Assembly (NCBI GenBank): GCA_015233335.1
Contig: JADFXX010000003.1
Location: 29,694-93,693, forward strand
Source: Candidatus Omnitrophota bacterium
GTDB lineage: Bacteria > Omnitrophota > Gorgyraeia > Zapsychrales > Fredricksoniimonadaceae
DNA length: 64,000 bases
Direction: 5' to 3'
Shown in pieces: positions 1 through 8,284 of this stretch (its first letter is position 1; the number at the start of each line of letters is the position of its first letter). Below the pieces are notes generated by a model, which was given only the letters and a program-made list of their open reading frames with translations, searched no databases and had not been told where the DNA came from. Position numbers and translations under genes: made by a program.

Positions 1-555
1 ACAGCGACACGCTGACGCAATTGCTCGAGACGACTTAAAGCCAGCTTTTGCTTGAGTTCCGGCTGCCCCAGCAGAATAATCTGAATGAGTTTTTCAGTTT
101 CGGTCTCGAGATTAGACAACATGCGGATTTCTTCTAAAACTGCCGGTTTTAGATTTTGCGCTTCGTCGATGATCAAGACCACATTATTATCTTGCTTGAT
201 CTGGTCGATCAGATAGGTGTTAAGATTTGAAAGCAGGCGTGCTTTAGATCCGCCGTTAGAAAATTCAATTTCCAGGTCTTCTAAGACCGTCATTAAGAGA
301 TCTTTACTGCTTAAATGGGTATTGGTGATAAGAGCGACCTGAGTATGCCGATCAAGCCGGTTTAATAATGTTCTACAGACGGTTGTTTTGCCTGAGCCGA
401 TTTCACCTGTAATGACCACAAATCCTTTACGCTGATTAATGGCATACACCAGGCTATCTAAAGCCTCCGTGTGCTTGTGGCTGGCAAAAAAGAACCGTGA
501 ATTAGGTGTCAGGTTAAAAGGACTTTCTTTAAAACCGTAGAATTGATTATACATA
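1..555 (-). CDS. ExeA/MshM-like AAA+ ATPase of polysaccharide-export (PEP-CTERM/EPS-locus type) clusters; C-terminal part lies beyond the window
   Basis: Not in ORF track because it is open at the window edge. Own minus-strand translation from ATG at 555: MYNQFYGFKESPFNLTPNSRFFFASHKHTEALDSLVYAINQRKGFVVITGEIGSGKTTVCRTLLNRL...VVLIIDEAQNL. Walker A GEIGSGKTT and Walker B-like LIIDEAQ. Directly downstream of the Wzz and Wza genes. Confidence 0.8.
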
Positions 556-560
556 TGCGT

Positions 561-1862
561 TTACCTGTAATAATTACCGATGTTCGTAAACATGATCGTT
601 AAGCTGATCATGAGCACACCGCCGGCTATCATCCAAAACAGAAGATGTATTTGAGCTTGCTTATGCTCTTCTAAAGATTCAACGGTATTGATTTTAGAAA
701 TAGCCCCCAACAAAGGAACGTTTAAATAAGCCGAAGCTTCGTGAACATCTAAAAAAGATTTATCTAAGAATTCCATTAAGAATATAAGAGTAACCCCCAA
801 GGCTGTTCCCATAAATAGACCGATCAAAGATACCAGTATTTTATTAGGCCTGACAGGCTGTGAAGGGACTCGGGCATTTTCGATGACCGTGTATCGTGTT
901 CCTTCTTTGGAAGACTGCAGACGCTGGGTGATCTTAGCTGTTTCCAGGCGTTGAAGCAGGTTATTATAAATAGTCTCATTCACGTTAACGTCACGGGCCA
1001 TAACAGTACCAATTTTGTCCATGAGCATGACTTTATAAAGGTCTTTTTCATTAACAGGAGCCGTATTGTCATTACTTGCAGCGGAAGTGGTGAGTGCTTT
1101 TTGCCCGATATTGCTCAGGGCTTGCTGAATCTGTGTGACCATAGGATTGGTTGTTTCTGATGTAAGTTTGACGTCTTGAGTATATTCCAGGTTCTGGGTC
1201 TTAAGTTCTTCCATTTTTTTAGTTATTTGATTTCTTAATTCTCTGACCTGGGGGTGCATTTCTGTGGAATCCACTAATAATGTGTTTAATTTGTCTTTAA
1301 GATCCGCGATTTCAGCGGATTTAATTTTTCCTAAATATACATGCAACTGCTCTTCTATGAATTTGATGGCATTGGTGGTTTCACGGTTCTGGGCGACTAC
1401 ATTACCTCCAATGAAAATATCGGTCACATTCTTGACTACAGCCTGGGCTTGTTGAGGACTGGTTGAAATATAAGAAATTTCAATGATGTTCCCATCGGGT
1501 TTAAAATCAATTTTACTTTGAAGGATTTTGATGAAATGTTCTAATTCTGTTGAGTTATGAATATTTTTGTCTAATTTTAAGCGTTTGACCAGTTCATTCA
1601 GGCTGTCCCAGCCCAGCATGGTTTCTTTGATGGTTTGAACACGTTGTGCCGCAGAGGTAGAAACGGCAATATTAGTTAAGAGCGGATTGTCATTTTTTTC
1701 TTCTTCTACCAGAATTTTCATGGATGAAAGGTATTCTTTGGGTAAAAGCATAGACGTGCAGATACCTAAAATTAATCCCACAAAAGAAGGAAAGATGATA
1801 AACCATTTTCTTCTGAAAAAAACTTTTAAATATTCTATGATTCCATGATGCATTTCATCCAT
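561..1862 (-). CDS. Wzz/GumC-type polysaccharide chain-length determinant protein
   Basis: 433 aa. N-terminal TM helix (WFIIFPSFVGLILGICTSMLL) followed by PKEY, long coiled-coil middle, C-terminal TM (ILVSLIGLFMGTALGVTLIFLM). No tyrosine-kinase domain. Flanked by Wza-like and ExeA-like genes. Confidence 0.75.
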   Translation of the reverse strand: MDEMHHGIIEYLKVFFRRKWFIIFPSFVGLILGICTSMLLPKEYLSSMKILVEEEKNDNPLLTNIAVSTSAAQRVQTIKETMLGWDSLNELVKRLKLDKNIHNSTELEHFIKILQSKIDFKPDGNIIEISYISTSPQQAQAVVKNVTDIFIGGNVVAQNRETTNAIKFIEEQLHVYLGKIKSAEIADLKDKLNTLLVDSTEMHPQVRELRNQITKKMEELKTQNLEYTQDVKLTSETTNPMVTQIQQALSNIGQKALTTSAASNDNTAPVNEKDLYKVMLMDKIGTVMARDVNVNETIYNNLLQRLETAKITQRLQSSKEGTRYTVIENARVPSQPVRPNKILVSLIGLFMGTALGVTLIFLMEFLDKSFLDVHEASAYLNVPLLGAISKINTVESLEEHKQAQIHLLFWMIAGGVLMISLTIMFTNIGNYYR

Positions 1863-1881
1863 GATATTTGTCCTTTACTTT

Positions 1882-2712
1882 TTAAAATGCATATTTTGCA
1901 GATCCGCCTGCTCCCGCTACCTCGCCAACAGGTTGGGTTACAGGACTTATGTAGCGCATAGCTTTAGCCAAGAAAGTAGCCGGCACATAAAGACAGTCGC
2001 CCGGATGCAGCACGTAATTCTCTCTTAAATCCCCTTTGTAAAGTAAGGCCTCAACATTAACTTTTTTTCTTATGACTTTACCGGTTGCCGCAGGGGTGAA
2101 TATTGAAGCGCTATCGGTCGCAGCTGTTGGAATGATCGGCAATCCGGCTTCCAATAAAGCATCGCGGACGGTGATCGTGTCTCCATGCATAGGAATTCTT
2201 CCCGGACGGGCAACTTCTCCTACAACATAGACGATTTTGCTATTATAGCCTGAAATTTTAAAGCTTATTTCTGGCCTGATAATATAGGTAGACAACTCTT
2301 TGGTTAAGAATTTAACGGCTTGTTCTTTGGTTAGGCCAGCCAAGACAATATCTCCAACAAATTCATATTGGATCTTTCCTTCCTTGTTAATGATATACTG
2401 GCCGCTGACTTCGGGGTGGCGCATCACAACGATGTCAATCACATCATCAGGACCCAAGGTGTACTTGCTGTTCTGTTCTATATAAGCCTGTGCTCCCGCA
2501 AAACTTTTAAATTCCCCGGAGCTCATTGTTGCTCGGATCTTGTCTTGATCGATGGCTTGCGTTGTGACGGATGATTTGTTTACGGCTTCGTCTTGGGTGG
2601 AGTTTTGATTGTTTAGCTGGTTTAGCGCATCTTGTGCTTCAACCTTTGGAATAAATATCAGTAAGCTCCATAGGGCCACTATTTGTAAAATTAAGAATTT
2701 AGATGTTGTCAT
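1882..2712 (-). CDS. Wza-family polysaccharide export outer-membrane protein (Poly_export + SLBB)
   Basis: Motifs PDDVIDIVVMRHPEVSGQYIINKEGKIQYEFVGDIVLAGLT and VYVVGEVARPGRIPM. Start moved from ORF-track 2793 to ATG at 2712, which gives the signal peptide MTTSKFLILQIVALWSLLIFIPKVEAQ and has an AAAGGAGAG SD just upstream. Confidence 0.8.
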   Translation of the reverse strand: MTTSKFLILQIVALWSLLIFIPKVEAQDALNQLNNQNSTQDEAVNKSSVTTQAIDQDKIRATMSSGEFKSFAGAQAYIEQNSKYTLGPDDVIDIVVMRHPEVSGQYIINKEGKIQYEFVGDIVLAGLTKEQAVKFLTKELSTYIIRPEISFKISGYNSKIVYVVGEVARPGRIPMHGDTITVRDALLEAGLPIIPTAATDSASIFTPAATGKVIRKKVNVEALLYKGDLRENYVLHPGDCLYVPATFLAKAMRYISPVTQPVGEVAGAGGSAKYAF

Positions 2713-2725
2713 GTACGGCTCTCCT

Positions 2726-2929
2726 TTATTCAACTTCAATAAGAATTTCATGTAATTGGCGTATTTGAGCCAAATCATTTTCATCATAAACACGCCAGCT
2801 TCGCCAATTACGCTTGGGCTTTTTGATTTTTCCCATTTTTTCCCACCTCACAATGGTTTTGGTGCTTATACCCACCATTTGAGCAACTTCGGTAATTGTC
2901 AGGTGTTTTTTGAATTCGCTTGTGATCAT
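2726..2929 (-). CDS. Small MerR/excisionase-type helix-turn-helix DNA-binding protein
   Basis: LTITEVAQMVGISTKTIVRWEKMGKI HTH. I prefer the ATG at 2929 (MITSEFKKH, 67 aa) because AAGGGGA lies 8 nt upstream and the ORF-track ATG at 2962 falls inside a sigma-54-like promoter. Confidence 0.65.
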   Translation of the reverse strand: MITSEFKKHLTITEVAQMVGISTKTIVRWEKMGKIKKPKRNWRSWRVYDENDLAQIRQLHEILIEVE

Positions 2930-2963
2930 AATTTTTATCCCCTTTGGTTCAACACCAAACATA

Positions 2964-2981
2964 TAGCAAATTACGTACCAA
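2964..2981 (-). promoter_or_regulatory. Candidate sigma-54 (-24/-12) promoter for the HTH-wza-wzz-ATPase operon
   Basis: Minus strand reads TTGGTACGTAATTTGCTA versus consensus YTGGCACGrNNNTTGCW. The GG and GC elements have correct spacing. About 35 nt upstream of the SD+ATG at 2929. Confidence 0.5.
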
Positions 2982-3171
2982 CAGCACAGTATTAATATTA
3001 ATTATGTGATAACTGATTGTTTGGTAAGGGGTTAAAATATTTTTCTTAGAAAATTCATCCCATAGCAGGTTAAGCCAACTGTATAAAAGAATGAACAGTA
3101 CTGTCCAGGAAATACCAGGACATTGGCAGAAATTATATCATATTTAGGCTTTTATGTGGTATATTTAATGC

Positions 3172-4518
3172 ATGCATCTCCAAGCGACCAGAGTCCAAGT
3201 TCAAAAGCCTGTTTTTACTGCCTCCCTAGAGAAGTCTATTGCAATGCTCATTTTACCGCATGCAGAGCTGGCTGTCAGTATTGAGCAAGAACTGCAGAAT
3301 AATCCGTTACTTGAAGCTGAGTATGAGAGCACATCAGAGGTTGATGTGGACCGGATGAATGCGCTTATAAACCTCTCTTTTTCTAAAATTCAAAGATCCG
3401 GCCTTGAAGAAGGCGCGGAGTTCGAGCCTTCTACGATTGAAGATCGGATGACCTTGGAAGACCACTTGCTTCAACAACTGTATTGGGAAATTTCTGATTC
3501 TTTAAAGAGAAAAATAGGTGAATTTATTATTGGGAATCTGGATCGAGAAGGCTTTCTTCATTTGAGCTGTACAGATATAGCCCAAGCCTTAAATATTACT
3601 GATGAACATGTTGTTAAAGAAGTGTTAAGAATTATCCAAAATTTTGATCCCGCCGGCATAGCCACTAAGGATTTTAAAGAATGTCTGATTGTTCAATTGC
3701 ATAGCCGCCAGTCGCCGTTTGGCGATTTGGCTATACGCATTGTAGAAAAATATCTGGATGACTTAGGGAACAAGCGTAACGGGGCTTTAGCTAAGAAACT
3801 GTCCGTCTCACTTGAGGAGATATCACATGCCGCTGATCTGATTGCCTCCCTTGAGCCTAAGCCGGCGCGTAATTACCGTCCTATTGATCCGACAATTTAC
3901 GTTGCTCCGGATCTTTACCTTCGTAAGAATGAGGATGGGCTATATACTATTGAAACAAATAAAACCGGTATACCTATTCTTCGTATTAATCAAATGTACC
4001 GTAATTTGCTTAATCAATCGGATATATCTGACAAGGACCGTCGTTTTATAAAGGAAAAAATTAATAATGCTATTAATTTCATCAGAAATATTCATCAACG
4101 CGGTAAGACTTTAACAGCTGTTGCCCGATACATTTTAAATCATCAAAAAGAATTCTTTGACGCAGAAGACATGTCCCTTAAGCCCATGGCCCTCAAAGAA
4201 GTGGCAGAGCATTTAGACAGAAATGAGTCAACCATTTCCCGTGCGATCAGTAACAAATACATAGATACCCCCCAGGGACTTTTCCCCTTGAAATTCTTCT
4301 TTTCCCATAATGCTTCAAGACAAAATCATGAAAACGTTTCAGCGCACACAGTTAAACAAGAGCTTGCTTTGTTGATCAAGGATGAGGACAAAAAAGCCCC
4401 TTTTTCCGATAGCGCTATTCAAGCCCACTTCAATTCCAAAGGAGTTCATTTGGCTCGCCGGACCATTGCCAAGTACCGCCAGATGCTCAATATCCCCGCC
4501 GCATATCTACGGAAATAA
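3172..4518 (+). CDS. rpoN: RNA polymerase sigma-54 factor
   Basis: 448 aa. Region I-like N-terminus (…SIEQELQNNPLLE), core-binding region, C-terminal HTH (ESTISRAISNKYIDTPQG) and RpoN box ARRTIAKYRQMLNIP. Confidence 0.9.
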   Translation: MHLQATRVQVQKPVFTASLEKSIAMLILPHAELAVSIEQELQNNPLLEAEYESTSEVDVDRMNALINLSFSKIQRSGLEEGAEFEPSTIEDRMTLEDHLLQQLYWEISDSLKRKIGEFIIGNLDREGFLHLSCTDIAQALNITDEHVVKEVLRIIQNFDPAGIATKDFKECLIVQLHSRQSPFGDLAIRIVEKYLDDLGNKRNGALAKKLSVSLEEISHAADLIASLEPKPARNYRPIDPTIYVAPDLYLRKNEDGLYTIETNKTGIPILRINQMYRNLLNQSDISDKDRRFIKEKINNAINFIRNIHQRGKTLTAVARYILNHQKEFFDAEDMSLKPMALKEVAEHLDRNESTISRAISNKYIDTPQGLFPLKFFFSHNASRQNHENVSAHTVKQELALLIKDEDKKAPFSDSAIQAHFNSKGVHLARRTIAKYRQMLNIPAAYLRK

Positions 4519-4523
4519 TGGTG

Positions 4524-4868
4524 TTATATTCCTGTTTTTGGAAGGAGTTTCTTAAGATATTTCTGGGAGGCGTCATCCATTTTAGAAAAATAAATAGCAA
4601 ATCCTTCGCCGGGGACAAACCGGGAAATATGGGCTGATCCCTGCATGAGGGCATCAGTATCATTAGGTGAAGATAAAATAGCAAAGCCTACCTCATCTCC
4701 GGTCTTTAAAAAAATGTTATTTTTGATCTTGATAAAAGCGCTATTCAAGGAAAGATCTTTAAGATGTCCTTGCACTGTTATTTGCGAGCCGACACTGATC
4801 CTGACCGGAAATTCAAGGCTGACCCGCGGATCCTTGCGTTGTTCATAATTTTCAATGGGATTAAACAT
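4524..4868 (-). CDS. Single-domain PilZ protein (putative c-di-GMP receptor)
   Basis: 114 aa. RxxxR motif (QRKDPRVSL) and a D-x-S-x-x-G-like DLSLNSAF in which the G is replaced. Confidence 0.6.
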   Translation of the reverse strand: MFNPIENYEQRKDPRVSLEFPVRISVGSQITVQGHLKDLSLNSAFIKIKNNIFLKTGDEVGFAILSSPNDTDALMQGSAHISRFVPGEGFAIYFSKMDDASQKYLKKLLPKTGI

Positions 4869-4881
4869 AAGGATAGTTCTT

Positions 4882-5625
4882 TCAATAGTCGACAGAAATC
4901 AGACAAAGCCCGTGGCTTGGAACTGTTCTGGGTGCTAATTTGCGTTCGGCGGATTTAAGCAGTAAAGGTATGCTATCTCCTGCCATCCGGCCGCATCCAA
5001 TGGCAATTAAAGCCCCTACAATGTTACGTACCATCTTATAAAGAAAACCATTAGATGTGATTGTAATATAGATCAAATCTCCTTGTTTGACAATAGTCAA
5101 ATTTATAATAGTACGAATGGTATTTTTGATCCTGGAACGCTTGCCGGCAGATTGAAATGGTTTAAAATCATGAGTACCTTTTAAATCATTGGCTGCTTGT
5201 CGCATACGGGATAATTTCAGCTTATATGGATAGAAATAAGCCCGATTCCTTAATAATGCCGAGGGGTAAGGACGGTTGAGTATAGAATAACGATAGGTTT
5301 TATTTATTACGTCCTTCTGGGCGTGGAAATGAAGCGGCACTTCCTCAAGCCCGGTAACGCTTAGGTCTTTGTCCAAAAAAGAATTAAGAGCTTTTAGGAT
5401 CAATGAGGCCGGCATTTCGGTTTCAACTTTAAAATGCGCAACCTGTCCAATTGCATGTACACCGCCGTCTGTGCGGCCGGATGCCTGGCAGTGTATTTTC
5501 TTTTTAAAGATCATTTCCAGCTTTTCTTCAAGATGATTTTGGATCGTGCGCAAACCTTTAAATTGAGTTTGCCAGCCGGAAAAATCAGTCCCATCGTATT
5601 CCAGGGTTAGTTTGAAATTTCGCAT
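4882..5625 (-). CDS. truA: tRNA pseudouridine(38-40) synthase
   Basis: 247 aa. GRTDGGVHA catalytic Asp motif and typical TruA length and layout. Confidence 0.9.
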   Translation of the reverse strand: MRNFKLTLEYDGTDFSGWQTQFKGLRTIQNHLEEKLEMIFKKKIHCQASGRTDGGVHAIGQVAHFKVETEMPASLILKALNSFLDKDLSVTGLEEVPLHFHAQKDVINKTYRYSILNRPYPSALLRNRAYFYPYKLKLSRMRQAANDLKGTHDFKPFQSAGKRSRIKNTIRTIINLTIVKQGDLIYITITSNGFLYKMVRNIVGALIAIGCGRMAGDSIPLLLKSAERKLAPRTVPSHGLCLISVDY

Positions 5626-5644
5626 TAAACTTACGTTTATTATT

Positions 5645-5992
5645 TTAACGGGCGTAATCGTCCTGGATGCGGATTATATCATCTTCCCCTAGATATTCTC
5701 CGCAGGCAACTTCGATGAATGCCAGCGGAAGCTCATAGGGATTTCCGATGCGGTGAAGTGCGCCTAAAGGCACATCCACAACGCTTCCGGGGAATACAGG
5801 GATTTCTTGATCGTTAACAATGGCCAAACCCTGTCCATGCACGATAATCCATTTTTCGGAACGGTATTGATGTTTCTGCAGACTAAGACGTCCCTTAGGG
5901 ATGACTTCTACTCGTTTGACCCAAACGCCGTTTTCTTGATAGAATTTTTGATATTTTCCCCAAGGGCGTGTGGATTCTTCTAAAAATTTCAT
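5645..5992 (-). CDS. Cupin-type mannose-6-phosphate isomerase (type II PMI C-terminal domain-like)
   Basis: 115 aa. RPWGKY…LSLQKHQYRSEKWIIV…GALHRIGN…EVACGEYLGEDDIIRIQDDYAR matches the ManC/PMI cupin signature. Confidence 0.7.
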   Translation of the reverse strand: MKFLEESTRPWGKYQKFYQENGVWVKRVEVIPKGRLSLQKHQYRSEKWIIVHGQGLAIVNDQEIPVFPGSVVDVPLGALHRIGNPYELPLAFIEVACGEYLGEDDIIRIQDDYAR

Positions 5993-6041
5993 AATATTAT
6001 CTCAGATTGTAAATTGACCCTAATTAAGAATAACAAAAAGA

Positions 6042-7334
6042 TCAGGAAAAAGAAAGTATTTCCACCAGGTTCTTCTGCAAAATGCTAAGGTGTTGAGTGC
6101 TGTGGCAGGTGGAAATAAAAAATGCTTCAAGATCCGCCGGCGGCAAATAAATGCCTTTTTTTAATAAATGATGAAAAAGCCGGCTGTATAAGCGTCCTGA
6201 AGATGCGGCAATAGCATCGGTATAATTATAAACCGCCTGTTTTCTAAAACGCAGACTGATCATGGATTTATAGCCGGATAAATGGGCTTTGGTATGATGC
6301 TGGGCCAAGATGTTATTGGTATCAGTAATAAATTTTTCAGCCTGTGTATTTAGTTTCTTATAAATTGATGGTGTAAGGTTTTTCAGGACCGTCAAACCGG
6401 CACGCATAATGACCGGATTGCCGGAGAATGTGCCGGCTTGGTAGACTTTGCCTAGGGGAGCTAAATTTCTCATAATGTCACGGCGACCGCCATAGGCTCC
6501 TATCGGAAATCCCCCTCCGATAATCTTGCCTAAACAAGTCATGTCAGGAATGATCCCAAAATCTGTCTGGACACAGCCTAGATTGGTACGAAATCCGCTC
6601 ATGACTTCATCAAAGATCAGCACAATATTGTATTTCTTAGTCAGGGCTCGCAGGTTTTTAAGAAATTCTTTTTCTGGTGCAATGACGCCCATATTACCGG
6701 CCACGGGTTCTAGAATAACACAGGCGATGTCCTTGTGATTGTGTTCAATAACATTTTGCAGGGCTGTTGTATCATTATACGCAAGACTAAAAGTCCCTTG
6801 GATATGGGCATTGGGCACGCCTTGACTTGATGAGGCAGGTAGGAAAGCTACCCCTGAACCGGACACAGAAAGAAGATCGTCACAGTGGCCGTGGTAACAG
6901 CCGTCAAATTTAATTATTTTATTTCGTTTGGTGAAGCCTCGGGCGAGACGGATGGCGCTCATGGTGGCCTCAGTGCCGGAATTCACAAAACGCACCATTT
7001 CAATGGAAGGGACATGTTTGACGATAAATTCAGCAATTTCGACTTCAGGCTTGGTGCTCGTCCCAAAACTGGTGCCGAAACTAACGGCTGTCTTAGCTGC
7101 ACGAAGGACATCAGGGTCATTATGCCCTAAGATCAAGGCACCCCAAGAAAGGCAGTAATCGGTGTAAGAGTTGCCGTCCACATCAAAGAGTTGGCTGCCC
7201 TTTCCCCGGCGCATGATTACAGGAGACCCCCCTACGGCTTTAAATGCGCGCACCGGGCTGTTGACACCTCCCACCATTATTTTCTGGGCTTGGTCAAATA
7301 TCTCTTTTGAACGGTTTATTTTCATTGCAGCCAT
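6042..7334 (-). CDS. hemL: Glutamate-1-semialdehyde 2,1-aminomutase
   Basis: 430 aa. GGVNSPVRAF and class-III aminotransferase layout with the PLP Lys region GKIIGGG. Confidence 0.92.
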   Translation of the reverse strand: MAAMKINRSKEIFDQAQKIMVGGVNSPVRAFKAVGGSPVIMRRGKGSQLFDVDGNSYTDYCLSWGALILGHNDPDVLRAAKTAVSFGTSFGTSTKPEVEIAEFIVKHVPSIEMVRFVNSGTEATMSAIRLARGFTKRNKIIKFDGCYHGHCDDLLSVSGSGVAFLPASSSQGVPNAHIQGTFSLAYNDTTALQNVIEHNHKDIACVILEPVAGNMGVIAPEKEFLKNLRALTKKYNIVLIFDEVMSGFRTNLGCVQTDFGIIPDMTCLGKIIGGGFPIGAYGGRRDIMRNLAPLGKVYQAGTFSGNPVIMRAGLTVLKNLTPSIYKKLNTQAEKFITDTNNILAQHHTKAHLSGYKSMISLRFRKQAVYNYTDAIAASSGRLYSRLFHHLLKKGIYLPPADLEAFFISTCHSTQHLSILQKNLVEILSFS

Positions 7335-8284
7335 TGGAGCGCATCCTGGGCGTGATAAGAAATAATAATATCCGCTCCGGCGCGTTTGATCGAGGTTAGA
7401 GTTTCAAGAACGACAGATTGCTCATCCACCCAGCCTTTTTGAGCGGCAGCTTTGACCATACTGTATTCACCGCTGACATTATAAGCGACAATGGGCAGGG
7501 TCAATTTTTGACGCAGCACAGCTATGATATCTAAATAGGCAAGTGCCGGTTTGACCATAATCATGTCTGCCCCTTCTTCCACATCCTTGAGGGCTTCTTT
7601 AAGAGCTTCACGGCTGTTGGCGGGATCCATTTGATAGGTTTTGCGGTCACCGAATCCCGCAGCAGAATGCGCGGCATCACGAAAAGGGCCGTAGAAACTT
7701 GAAGCATATTTAGCGGCATAGGATAAAATACCTACCTCTTCAAAATGGGATTTGTTTAACTCCTGACGGATGGCTCTCACTCGAAAATCCATCATGTCAG
7801 AAGGAGCGACTATATCAGCTCCGGCAGCCGCATGGGCCAAGGCCATCTTGCTAAGAATTGGCAGGCTTTTATCATTATTAATCTTTTGGTCCTCAACAAC
7901 ACCACAGTGCCCATGAGTCATATAGGCACATAAGCACACATCTGTGACAACTAAAAATTCCGGAAAATGTTTTTTGACCGCTTGGACAGCTTTTACCACA
8001 GGGCTATTGGTAGCATAGGCGTATTTGCCGCTGTTATCTTTATGATCAGATACACCGAATAATATCCCCCCTCTTCCTCCTAAACGCATATAAATTTCGA
8101 CGGCGCGAAGCAATGGATCCGTTGAAAAACGGTATATTCCCGGCATAGAAGCGATGGCATCTTTTTTATTCTTGCCATCAATAACAAAAAAAGGTTGTAA
8201 GAGATCGTAGGCCCTCAAGTGTGTTTCTTGTACAAAATTTCTGATTGTTGAAGTGGCTCTTAATCTACGATAGCGATGTGGCAT
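7322..8284 (-). CDS. hemB: Porphobilinogen synthase (zinc-type)
   Basis: 320 aa. RRLR…ETHL N-terminus, Cys-rich metal site DVCLCAYMTHGHCG and MVKPA active-site Lys region. Confidence 0.92.
   Translation of the reverse strand: MPHRYRRLRATSTIRNFVQETHLRAYDLLQPFFVIDGKNKKDAIASMPGIYRFSTDPLLRAVEIYMRLGGRGGILFGVSDHKDNSGKYAYATNSPVVKAVQAVKKHFPEFLVVTDVCLCAYMTHGHCGVVEDQKINNDKSLPILSKMALAHAAAGADIVAPSDMMDFRVRAIRQELNKSHFEEVGILSYAAKYASSFYGPFRDAAHSAAGFGDRKTYQMDPANSREALKEALKDVEEGADMIMVKPALAYLDIIAVLRQKLTLPIVAYNVSGEYSMVKAAAQKGWVDEQSVVLETLTSIKRAGADIIISYHAQDALQWLQ

Noticed and set aside
2713-2793. N-terminal extensions in the ORF track: wza to 2793, HTH to 2962, ECF sigma to 15434, higB to 17580, infB to 33491, proS to 36249, uppS to 41351, clpP to 47963, xth to 60577.
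   Set aside because: Internal starts give canonical N-termini or signal peptides, have an SD or avoid overlap with the upstream gene. The extensions overlap neighbouring genes, a promoter or a terminator hairpin.
4516-4526. The convergent rpoN and PilZ stops are only 5 bp apart, and the CDGSH/OMP stops overlap at 11086-11089. I considered a shared bidirectional terminator or antisense regulation.
   Set aside because: No hairpin is visible at either junction. This is probably just compact genome packing.
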